A stretch of DNA of 64,000 nucleotides from an uncultured candidate division Zixibacteria bacterium (GTDB lineage Bacteria; Zixibacteria; MSB-5A5; GN15; FEB-12). The position numbers and the translations under genes were made by a program. The stretch lies in NCBI GenBank assembly GCA_963735035.1, contig CAVTJJ010000003.1:416019-480018 (forward strand). The letters run 5' to 3'. Positions 46,936-56,036 of this stretch are shown piece after piece. The notes beneath the pieces were generated by a model, which worked only from the letters and a program-made list of their open reading frames with translations, had not been told where the DNA came from and ran no database searches. Within the stretch, counting starts at the first letter, position 1; the number at the start of each line of letters is the position of its first letter.

Positions 46936-49900
46936 ATGGGAAATCGCGAGAATACCGGAAAGAGTGTAGCGGGCGGTGACAAACCGACGGACAAATCCTT
47001 AAAGGGGACCAAGCTCCGCTCCCTCTGGTTTGCCCCGACCATTTTGATGGGTGCGTTCATAGTCGTATCCTTGACTGTTTTCTGGCTCATTCAGGTAAAA
47101 GACTTTTCGACAAAACGCGATCAGCTCGTTGAAAATGCCGAGTCAACGGCAGAAAACATACGCCTAAGACTAAAGGGGAATCAGGACTACTTGCTCATGC
47201 TGGCCGCTGGGCGTAGCGACAGCATGATGGACGCCGAGTCATTTCAGAAACGGGCGTCGCGCTATGTCCAGGATCATCCGGAACTAATCAACATAACCTG
47301 GGTGGATGCCAACTTTGTGATTCGCGATGTGGCGCCGCTTACCCCCAACAAGCAGATACTGGGACTGAGCCTGGAGTTGCCTGAACCAAAGCGTGCATCA
47401 CACCTGGCCCGAGAACTCCGTAAGCCTATCTATACCCGACCATTCGAGGCCATTCAAGGCAAACCATCATTCGAGTTATGGGTGCCGGTTTTCAAAGGCC
47501 CTATCTTTCAAGGGCTGTTTGCGGCAGTCTATTCCTGCGAGAGGTTGACGCGAGAATTAGTGCCCCCTCAGCAGCTTGAACACAATCAGGTCGGCCTGGT
47601 GAACATGGAGGGGGACGTCCTTTGGGAGACGGCCGCGTCGGCGACGACCGATGACAGATTGACTCACGAGGTCCCCCTGACCCTCCCGGATGGCGGCTTG
47701 TTGTTGCGATTCAGAGGATATGGATCGGGGGTTATAGAGCGGGGTCTCTTGCTTCTGGAGCTTCTCTGCCTTGGATTTGCGGTCGGCCTTGCTTACGCGA
47801 TGTGGAGACTGAAAAGCTCGCTTGAGGCCAGCAAGAAGGCTGAAGAATCGTCGCGCAAGAGCGAAAAGGACCTGAGAGAAGCCCAGCGCGTTGCCCGGAT
47901 CGGGAGTTGGGACTGGGACTCAGCAACTGACACTATCACCTGGTCCGAAGAGTATTACCGCATCTACGGCGTGGATCCCACGCACCAACCTCCGGGTTAC
48001 GTGGAGCATCTAAAAGCCTACACTTCTGAAAGCGCCACACGACTGGATGAAGCGGTAAAACAAAATATGCAAACCGGCGAACCGTATGAGGTCGATCTGG
48101 AATTAGCTCATTCGGGAGGGACAACTCGCTGGGTCACGGCTCGCAGTGAAACCAAACGAAATGCCCGTGGCGAGATCGTGGGACTACGCGGTACGGCTCA
48201 GGATATCACGGATCGCAAGAACGCTGAAGATTCCGTGCGGTCACTGGGGCTGGAAATGCAGACCATCTACGACAACACGTATACGCTTTTCGCCTATCTT
48301 GACCGGGATTTCAATTTCGTCAGAGTCAATCGGGCGTATGCGGAGGCTGACGGGAAAACTCCTGACTTCTTCATCGGCAAGAATCATTTCGAATTGTATC
48401 CACACCCCGAAAACGAAGCCATCTTTCACAATGTTGTCGCCACCGGCAAGCCGTACGTAGCCCACGCCAAACCGTTTGAATATCCCGACCATCCGGAATG
48501 GGGTGTCACTTACTGGGACTGGTCCCTGGTGCCGGTCCTGGGCGACGACAAGGCCGTGACAGGCCTGATATTCACGCTGTTGAATGTCACGGTACAGAAA
48601 CGGGCGGAACAGAAACTGGCGCAACTGGCCGCCATCGTAGCATCATCGGACGACGCTATCATAGGCAAGACTCTGGAGGGAGATGTCACCAGTTGGAACC
48701 GTGGCGCCGAAGCTATCTATGGTTACACCGAAAGTGAAATGATTGGCAAGTCGCTTTCGTTACTGATCCCCCCCGACCGCAGGGGCGAGCTGGCGACGAT
48801 TCTTGATAAGATCAGTAATCGTGAACATATCGAGCTCTACGAAACGGTACGACTACGGAAAGACGGACAGCGTATTCATGTCTCGCTGACTATTTCGCCG
48901 GTGATAGATGAGAGCGGAACGATTGTTGGGATATCGACCATCAGCCGCGACATTACCAAGCGGCGGCTCGCCGAAGAACAGTTGCGAGTGTCGGAAGAGA
49001 AGTATCGGAGTCTGGTCGATGCCGCCGCCATCGGGATCACTATGATCAGCCCACAGATGGAAGTGCTTTCCATCAATCGCCAGTTCCAGCAATGGTTCCC
49101 CGACGTAGACGCTACGAAGCGTCCGATCTGCTTCAAGGCCTTCAATAACCCGCCTCGGGACGAATTCTGCTCGTATTGTCCGGTCGTGAAGACACTTGAG
49201 GACGGGCAGGTTCACACAAGTGTCACCGAGACTCCGGTCGGCGGCACGATCAGAAATTATCAGGTCATCTCTTCCCCGGTCCGTGACTCCGAGGGGAACA
49301 TCATAGCTGCCATTGAAATTGTCGAGGATATCACTGACCGCCAGGAGATTGAACAAAGACTCAGGGAGTCCGAAGAACGGCTAAGACTCACCCTGGAAGC
49401 CACTCAGATCGGCATTTGGGACTGGGATGTTACGAATGACAAGTGGTACGCTTCGCCCATCTATTATACCATGCTCGGTTACGAGCCCAAGACCGGCCCG
49501 GCGGACCGAAGCGAGTGGATGGAACGGACGCATCCGGATGACCGTGCCCACGTCACAGAAAGGATACAGGACGTACTGTCGGGTGATTTTGAGGAATACC
49601 GTTACGAAACGCGCATGCGGCATGCCGACGGGTCCTATCGGTGGGTGCAAGTAGAAGGATTTGGCATAGAACGTGATCAGGATGGCCAAGTGACACGCTT
49701 GCTGGGAATCCGGCGGGACATCACTGAGCGCAAGTTGGCGGAGGAAGCGCTTCGATCCGCTTCGCTTTACACGCGTAGTCTGATCGAGGTTAGTCTGGAT
49801 CCCCTCGTGACGATCAGCCCCATCGGCACGATCATGGACGTGAATAGAGCGACTGAGCTGGCGACCGGCGTGAGTCGCGACAACTTGATCGGCAGCGACT

Positions 49901-52023
49901 TCTGTGATTATTTCACCGAACCGGAAAAAGCACGCCAGGGATATCAACTGGCTCTGGCGCAAGGCTGGGTGAAAGACTACCCGCTGTCTATTCGCCGGGT
50001 CTCCGGTCAGGCAATCGACGTCCTATACAATGCTGCCGCATACCGAAATGAAGCCGGTGTATTACAGGGTGTGTTTGCGGTGGCACGCGACATCACCAAA
50101 CGCAAACTAGCTGAAGAGGCGCTTCAGACAAGCGAACGCAAATTCAGGTCGCTGTTTGAGGAGTCACTGGATTGCCTTTTTGTCACTTCGCCCGAAGGCC
50201 AAATTGTTGATATGAACAAGAAGGGCGTTTCTCTGTTCGGCTATGACACCAAAGAAGAGATTTTCGCCCTCGATCTGGCCCGCGACGTCTACGCCAATCC
50301 GGAAGATCGGAAGCGCGTCCTCGGTTTGCTGGGTGACCATGGCGATGCCGAATATGAAGTCGAGGTCAAGAAGAAGAACGGCGAAACGTTCACAGCGCAC
50401 TGTCTGCTTTATGCGTCCAAGAGCGAGGATGGCGTGGTTACGTCATACCGGGGTACCCTCAGAGACGTCACGGACAAGAGACAGGCGGAAGAAGAGCTCA
50501 GACAGGCCAAGGAAGACTGGGAGCGTACTTTTGATGCCGTCACAGACCTCGTATTCATCCAGGACACAAACGGCCGCATATTGCGAACAAACAGAGCCTT
50601 GAGCGACCGGCTGAAGAAGACCCCTGAGGAACTCTCCGGCATGCGTTGCTATGAACTGATGCATGACAGCCATACTCCGCCGGCGAATTGTCCTCGTTCG
50701 TTGATGTTGAGCAGTGGGTCGAGTCATGTCAGCGAGATCACTGAATCGTGTTTGTGCGGGTCTTTCCTCGTGAATATCTCTCCCATCCGCGATACCGCGG
50801 GGACAATGGTGGGTTCGGTTCATGTGGCGCGCGACATCACCGAAACCAAGCGTCTTCAAGATTTGGAGAGCCGGGCCCAGCGGCTGGATACGGCAGGGCG
50901 CATTGCCGGTCAGGTGGCGCATGATCTCAATAACCTCTTGGCTCCGATCACAGCCTATCCGGACCTTATTCGCGAACTGCTTCCCCAGGATGACCCGTCG
51001 CAGAAATATCTGGATGCCATTGAATCGGCCGGTAGCCGGATTGCCGAGATAAATCAGCAGCTTCTGACTTTGAGCCGAAGAGGCCATTACAGCCAGGATG
51101 TTCTGCACCTCAACGCCATCGTCGACCAGGCGATAGAAGACCTCGGGGCGTTGCCGGAAGGTGTAAGTTGCGAGGCCATACTTTGTTCCGATCTGATGAA
51201 TATCATCGGTGGCAATGCCCAGCTACATCGCGTAATTCTGAACCTGCTCGCCAACGCGCGCGATGCAGTTGGGAATAGCGGCCATATTGTTGTCAGGACC
51301 GAAAACATATATGTCGACGAGACCACGATCAAGTATGACCGGGTTCCCAAAGGGGAATACGCCAAGGTCACGATAAGCGATAACGGAACCGGCATTCCTC
51401 CGGAAATCGTACAGAAGATTTTCGATCCCTTCTTCACTACCAAGACTACCGACAGGAGACGTGGTTCCGGACTGGGATTGAGCGTGGTAGAGGCGGTGGT
51501 AAAGGACCACCGTGGGTACATCGATTTACACACCGAAGTCGGCAAGGGAACTTCATTCTATCTGTATTTTCCGGTGACGCGCGAATCACTTGTCGAGACG
51601 GTCGACCTGGGGATCCCCACCGGAAGCGAGTCCATTATTGCGGTCGACGACGACGATGTGCAGCGCGACGTGCTGAGTCGGCTGCTGTCCACCCTGGGAT
51701 ACCAGGTAACTACCTGCGAAACCGGTGAAAAAGCCATCGCCGTTCTTCGGGAACACTCACACGACCTGATGATCGTCGACATGATCATGCCGGGCGGCAT
51801 TGACGGAGTCGAAACGTACCGTCAGGCGCTGGAGATCAATCCGAATCAGCGGGCCATTATTGTCTCGGGCTTTTCGGAAACCGAAAAGGTACACGAGGCC
51901 CTGGCGATGGGGGCGGGCGCGTTCGTGAAGAAACCGCTCAACCGAAGCATCATCGCCACTGCTGTCAGAACCGAATTGGACAAGGCGACCAAGGCGGAAA
52001 CTGAGCCAACGTCCATATCCTGA
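46936..52023 (+). CDS. hybrid sensor histidine kinase with extracytoplasmic sensor region, about 8 PAS/PAC modules, HisKA-like, HATPase and C-terminal receiver
   Basis: 1695 aa with two TM segments flanking a ~230-aa N-terminal domain. Eight PAC-end signatures (..DIT(D/E/K)RK..AEE.L..), H-box AGQVAHDLNNLLAPI, GSGLGLSVV, and REC (IIAVDDDD..LMIVDMIMPG..KP). Confidence 0.9.
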   Translation: MGNRENTGKSVAGGDKPTDKSLKGTKLRSLWFAPTILMGAFIVVSLTVFWLIQVKDFSTKRDQLVENAESTAENIRLRLKGNQDYLLMLAAGRSDSMMDAESFQKRASRYVQDHPELINITWVDANFVIRDVAPLTPNKQILGLSLELPEPKRASHLARELRKPIYTRPFEAIQGKPSFELWVPVFKGPIFQGLFAAVYSCERLTRELVPPQQLEHNQVGLVNMEGDVLWETAASATTDDRLTHEVPLTLPDGGLLLRFRGYGSGVIERGLLLLELLCLGFAVGLAYAMWRLKSSLEASKKAEESSRKSEKDLREAQRVARIGSWDWDSATDTITWSEEYYRIYGVDPTHQPPGYVEHLKAYTSESATRLDEAVKQNMQTGEPYEVDLELAHSGGTTRWVTARSETKRNARGEIVGLRGTAQDITDRKNAEDSVRSLGLEMQTIYDNTYTLFAYLDRDFNFVRVNRAYAEADGKTPDFFIGKNHFELYPHPENEAIFHNVVATGKPYVAHAKPFEYPDHPEWGVTYWDWSLVPVLGDDKAVTGLIFTLLNVTVQKRAEQKLAQLAAIVASSDDAIIGKTLEGDVTSWNRGAEAIYGYTESEMIGKSLSLLIPPDRRGELATILDKISNREHIELYETVRLRKDGQRIHVSLTISPVIDESGTIVGISTISRDITKRRLAEEQLRVSEEKYRSLVDAAAIGITMISPQMEVLSINRQFQQWFPDVDATKRPICFKAFNNPPRDEFCSYCPVVKTLEDGQVHTSVTETPVGGTIRNYQVISSPVRDSEGNIIAAIEIVEDITDRQEIEQRLRESEERLRLTLEATQIGIWDWDVTNDKWYASPIYYTMLGYEPKTGPADRSEWMERTHPDDRAHVTERIQDVLSGDFEEYRYETRMRHADGSYRWVQVEGFGIERDQDGQVTRLLGIRRDITERKLAEEALRSASLYTRSLIEVSLDPLVTISPIGTIMDVNRATELATGVSRDNLIGSDFCDYFTEPEKARQGYQLALAQGWVKDYPLSIRRVSGQAIDVLYNAAAYRNEAGVLQGVFAVARDITKRKLAEEALQTSERKFRSLFEESLDCLFVTSPEGQIVDMNKKGVSLFGYDTKEEIFALDLARDVYANPEDRKRVLGLLGDHGDAEYEVEVKKKNGETFTAHCLLYASKSEDGVVTSYRGTLRDVTDKRQAEEELRQAKEDWERTFDAVTDLVFIQDTNGRILRTNRALSDRLKKTPEELSGMRCYELMHDSHTPPANCPRSLMLSSGSSHVSEITESCLCGSFLVNISPIRDTAGTMVGSVHVARDITETKRLQDLESRAQRLDTAGRIAGQVAHDLNNLLAPITAYPDLIRELLPQDDPSQKYLDAIESAGSRIAEINQQLLTLSRRGHYSQDVLHLNAIVDQAIEDLGALPEGVSCEAILCSDLMNIIGGNAQLHRVILNLLANARDAVGNSGHIVVRTENIYVDETTIKYDRVPKGEYAKVTISDNGTGIPPEIVQKIFDPFFTTKTTDRRRGSGLGLSVVEAVVKDHRGYIDLHTEVGKGTSFYLYFPVTRESLVETVDLGIPTGSESIIAVDDDDVQRDVLSRLLSTLGYQVTTCETGEKAIAVLREHSHDLMIVDMIMPGGIDGVETYRQALEINPNQRAIIVSGFSETEKVHEALAMGAGAFVKKPLNRSIIATAVRTELDKATKAETEPTSIS

Positions 52024-52067
52024 CACGACGGACTCAATTTGTCCGACCCACTGTGGTGATCTATCGC

Positions 52068-54014
52068 CTAGAGTGTTCCTTTCCTAATCAGCGAAATGAC
52101 ACTCTGCATCGTGACGCTGTCATCATCGAAGCCGCCGTGGGTGGAGCTCTGTGATTCCTTCCCCGGCGCGAGCCAGAGCTTCGTATTTCGGAGATTCAGG
52201 GGCTTTATTTCGCTTTCGATAAACTTCTCCATCCCCAGAATCGGAACTTCCCGGCCCTTCTCAAATGATTGCGAAACCAGATACAGCAGCGATCGGCCAT
52301 AACCCAGGATGGGTCGACAGGTATTGTCACTCAACTCTGCAGCCTTGCTCAGGTTGAACAGATTGAGTCGCTTCACTCCGCCGTTTTTCAAAGGCGATAG
52401 CATTGTCTTCTTGAAGTCATCGACACGCACGGCCGGCGCCAGGAAATTCACACTTTCGAACTTCCACCCTAGCGCGCAAAGCTTGTCGACGATATGACAG
52501 TGCAGAATTGATCCGGCCGAATGACCAATCAAATGCAGCCGCACTTTGGAGAGGTTATCGAAGTGCGGAGATTTGCCACAGGCTTCGTAGATTTGAAAAC
52601 CCCCGCTCTTCGGCTTGCCTTCTTCCGGTTCCTGTGAGATCGCCTCGGCGTTCTGCTTCATCTCGCCCCAGACCGCCGAGCCTGGCACGGACAGAAGCTT
52701 TTCCAGTCGCTCGTCCCACCACCGAGTGAGGCTGGCGAGAGGTCCACTGGTCGGGCGGGGATAACCGGTTACTATATCCTGGAGTCGTCCTTTGAGGGTT
52801 GACCAGAGATCGGTTTCCCACATCAAAAAGATGGGAAAGATCTTGTTGTCGTAGAGGGCCGGAATCCATTTGGCCGCAGTCTCGGCGGCGGCTTCTTCGG
52901 ATGTCAATCCCCCGTGGGCATAGATCGCTATGTCAACCGGTTGATTAGGCTTCAGTTTGAAGGTCTCTCGTGCCTTGGTGAGGTGGTCGTTGACCAGTGC
53001 CCGGACATCGGCGTCGTTGGTACGAAACGCCCCGGTGTTACTCAACAGGCCGTTATTCCCCATATCAATGATGAAGGGGCTAATTTCTCTTCTGCGAAGC
53101 GCCGCGTCCGAGGCCAATTGCACAATGCCGTTGCTCACGCGCAAAGTTGCGGATTGCGCTATGTCATCGTGCGATTTGGTGACGACTCCCAGTTGCGCCA
53201 CCCAGCAGTCCATGGCATTTTCCAACCAGTCTTCGTACGTGAGTACCGCATGCCCGCCGGTTCCCCAACCGGTACCCCAGGAATTCTGAATGACGAACCC
53301 CTCCTGGTCGTAGCCCACGATTACGAACGCATGACCACCATCACCCGGACCAGCCTTCTGACAGGTAATGACATGGTACTTACTGTTCTTCGACTTGATC
53401 GGTTTGTCCCAGCCCGAATGACACACGGCGCTCGCGTACAGAATGCCGACCTCGTTCAGAGCGACATGCATATCGGTGACCGAGCGCGAGTCGATTCGAT
53501 AATAGGCGCCCAACGGCCGTCGGACGGCATCGAGCCACCAATCCTTTTCCGGCTTGACATCCTTGCCTACCGGCATCGGCTCGGATATCCACAGCTTGTA
53601 GGCGCAGGCGCCATGCTTGTACCACCCTTTCATCGCGCCCCGCAAGCTCGATCCGGTATCGGCCCCGGGATCACCGGGGAACTCGTCGTAACGACGCGCC
53701 ATCGAATAGAGCATGAATGGCGAAACCCGGCACTCTGCCGGCGGACGCTTCGCGGCGCGTTGCACATGATCGACGACACTGGCGAGGGCGAACCCGGTGC
53801 AGGCGTTGGTATCCTCCTGATTGAGAACCGGCAGGTTGTACTTTGGCTCGAGTTTCGGACCGGGGACGAGCGCGACCGTTGGTTGATAGACCCGATCACG
53901 GAGATCAATCTTGTCCGGGACGACGTTTCGGATGAGGCCGAACCGTCTGGCCGGTTTAGCCAACTTCGGTGAGCTTTTCTTCTTCGCGGTCATAGAGATT
54001 CCCTCCATTATCAT
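52068..54014 (-). CDS. fusion protein: papain-like cysteine peptidase (family C1) N-terminal domain plus lipase/esterase-like alpha/beta-hydrolase C-terminal domain
   Basis: C1 catalytic set: Q..NACTGFA (Cys), GGHAFVIVGYD (His), QNSWGTGWG (Asn/Trp). The C-terminal half has an HGG oxyanion-type motif (IAIYAHGGL), a nucleophile elbow HLIGHSAGS, and a distal ..SSTHGGFDDD. No signal peptide; basic N-terminus. Confidence 0.75.
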   Translation of the reverse strand: MIMEGISMTAKKKSSPKLAKPARRFGLIRNVVPDKIDLRDRVYQPTVALVPGPKLEPKYNLPVLNQEDTNACTGFALASVVDHVQRAAKRPPAECRVSPFMLYSMARRYDEFPGDPGADTGSSLRGAMKGWYKHGACAYKLWISEPMPVGKDVKPEKDWWLDAVRRPLGAYYRIDSRSVTDMHVALNEVGILYASAVCHSGWDKPIKSKNSKYHVITCQKAGPGDGGHAFVIVGYDQEGFVIQNSWGTGWGTGGHAVLTYEDWLENAMDCWVAQLGVVTKSHDDIAQSATLRVSNGIVQLASDAALRRREISPFIIDMGNNGLLSNTGAFRTNDADVRALVNDHLTKARETFKLKPNQPVDIAIYAHGGLTSEEAAAETAAKWIPALYDNKIFPIFLMWETDLWSTLKGRLQDIVTGYPRPTSGPLASLTRWWDERLEKLLSVPGSAVWGEMKQNAEAISQEPEEGKPKSGGFQIYEACGKSPHFDNLSKVRLHLIGHSAGSILHCHIVDKLCALGWKFESVNFLAPAVRVDDFKKTMLSPLKNGGVKRLNLFNLSKAAELSDNTCRPILGYGRSLLYLVSQSFEKGREVPILGMEKFIESEIKPLNLRNTKLWLAPGKESQSSTHGGFDDDSVTMQSVISLIRKGTL

Positions 54015-54139
54015 TCTGACGGCTGCCTGAGTCTTATTGCTTACCTCAGGAACTTCACCCTGTATGTTTACTCACTATGTGACGGACATAATTACGAGTA
54101 CCGTCGATAGACATGTCAAATGGCTGTCAAAACCTACCG

Positions 54140-55825
54140 CTACTTAACGAACTGGTCGGCGTAGTACTTGGCCGTCAGTTTTTCTCCGGTGGCTCGCTCG
54201 ACCATATCGTTCCAGAAATAGACCGCTCCCGGTGTGAATACTTTGTCCCGAAAATACCTGCCGACTTTCTTATCGAGCGCAAAATCGGCCGCATACGGAT
54301 CGGATGTCTTTAGCACACTGCTCCCAATTGTATGCGCGAATTGCGATGCCAACAACTCACCCATCAGATAGTTGTGGTAGTACACCGGCGAAGTGGCGAG
54401 ATGAATCTTGGAGGCCCAGTCGGGTTCGTTGCGTCCCCTGGGCTGCTTCAGCAGTTGATACTTCTCGACCAAATCCCACCAGAGCTTGTTAAGATCCTGA
54501 TCCGGATTGTCGTAGAGCGACCGCTCGAAACGGACCATTACCTGACACCAGCGACTGAACACAAGCTGCTCGGTGCGCTGCATCTGACGGCAAGCGCCGG
54601 CTACCGGCTCAACCTGGGTTTTCGGTACTCCTGCAACCCTCTCCAGCCATGACGGATTCGCCGCAAGCCGTCCGAAAAACAAGGCCACCGCCTCAGTCGT
54701 GACCGAATGGGCGGCGCCCCGCAGAAGCCAGGGTCGGCGAGGTTCGTTGTAATAGTCATACACCCCGTGACCGAGTTCATGCAGCAGAGTATTCATCCAG
54801 TAATAGTCCGGTCGCACACTGCACAGGATGCGTACATCGCCGGCCCGGTCGATATCAATCGACTGCGCGTGCTGATACTTCCCCGGTTTCTCGTAGAGAT
54901 CACTGTGGGCGATGATACTGTCCGCCGGAATGCCGATCCCCGCGAAATAGGTACGCGCCAGCCCGACGACATCTTTGCCGCGATAAAATGAGCCCAGATC
55001 AACGTCATAGATGCCGGGCGCTTCCTGGAAGAACCGGTTTTGATAGTGCCACGGCTGCAATTCGCTGGGAGACACTCGATATCGAAGAGACAATGCTGAA
55101 TCGATCTGGCCTTTCAATACTACGAAGGCGCCCCGTGTCAGCGAGTCGAGTTGGTCGAAGAGCGACGCAATCTCGGCCGGTTTCTGCTCGGCCAGTATCA
55201 ATTGCATCTCGTAGTAATTGGCGAAACCGAGTTTCACCGCCGCCTGGTTGCGCAGCTTGACCAAAGCAATTATGTCAGTGGCCAGTTCACTCCCGACCTT
55301 CTTACTGGCCTTCCAAACGGATTCCAACTCGCGAGAGTCGTTGGAAGTCCGAAGGATCGAATCGATTTGATTGTCGTTCAATTCTTGATCGCCGACACGC
55401 GTGCGAAAGGTATTGAAGCGCTGCTCGATATCGCTCTGGCGGCGCACCATCTCGGCCAATATGGCGGGGTCCACCTGACGGCCCAGGTAGGACAGGTAGA
55501 CAAGCTCCAATTGACGTTTCAGCAATTGATCGGTGATCTGGGGGGATTCGCGAAAAGCCTTCACGCGGGCAAAGGTTATCGTGTCGGCATGGAATTCGTC
55601 GAGCGCCACGGTGGCTTTCTCCGACTGCGCATAATCCTCATCCTTGCCGGAAACCATCGCGTTGAAATAGGACAGTCCCTCCTCGCGGCTTAGGGGGATG
55701 ACTTTCGCCTGGTAATCCTTGAGGAACGTGGTCAGTTGCTGTTCGGTCACGGTCTCCAGACCTCCGAAGGTACAGGCTGCAAGAACGAAGATCAGGCCGG
55801 CGGAAAACATTAGAATACTCTTCAT
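54140..55825 (-). CDS. zinc metallopeptidase lipoprotein (HExxH gluzincin, M3/oligoendopeptidase-like)
   Basis: Lipoprotein-type signal MKSILMFSAGLIFVLAACTFGG and zinc site LLHELGHGVYDYY. Family assignment (M3 versus M2-like) is by eye only. Start trimmed from 55915. Confidence 0.7.
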   Translation of the reverse strand: MKSILMFSAGLIFVLAACTFGGLETVTEQQLTTFLKDYQAKVIPLSREEGLSYFNAMVSGKDEDYAQSEKATVALDEFHADTITFARVKAFRESPQITDQLLKRQLELVYLSYLGRQVDPAILAEMVRRQSDIEQRFNTFRTRVGDQELNDNQIDSILRTSNDSRELESVWKASKKVGSELATDIIALVKLRNQAAVKLGFANYYEMQLILAEQKPAEIASLFDQLDSLTRGAFVVLKGQIDSALSLRYRVSPSELQPWHYQNRFFQEAPGIYDVDLGSFYRGKDVVGLARTYFAGIGIPADSIIAHSDLYEKPGKYQHAQSIDIDRAGDVRILCSVRPDYYWMNTLLHELGHGVYDYYNEPRRPWLLRGAAHSVTTEAVALFFGRLAANPSWLERVAGVPKTQVEPVAGACRQMQRTEQLVFSRWCQVMVRFERSLYDNPDQDLNKLWWDLVEKYQLLKQPRGRNEPDWASKIHLATSPVYYHNYLMGELLASQFAHTIGSSVLKTSDPYAADFALDKKVGRYFRDKVFTPGAVYFWNDMVERATGEKLTAKYYADQFVK

Positions 55826-56036
55826 GACACTTCCTTGTGCGTTGCGTGTGTATGCCGTCTGGCCTTTGTACAGCCAAAGACAAGTATGGCTAATGAATTT
55901 GTGCCCGCTTGGCAAGAGAAGCGATCAGCCGGATTGGCCAAAACTGATGCGTCCGGGGACGGCATCGGTCACGCCGACCCGGAAATAGACATGTAATATG
56001 GTATGGGCGTTGGAGTTAACTTTGCGACGCGGCCTC

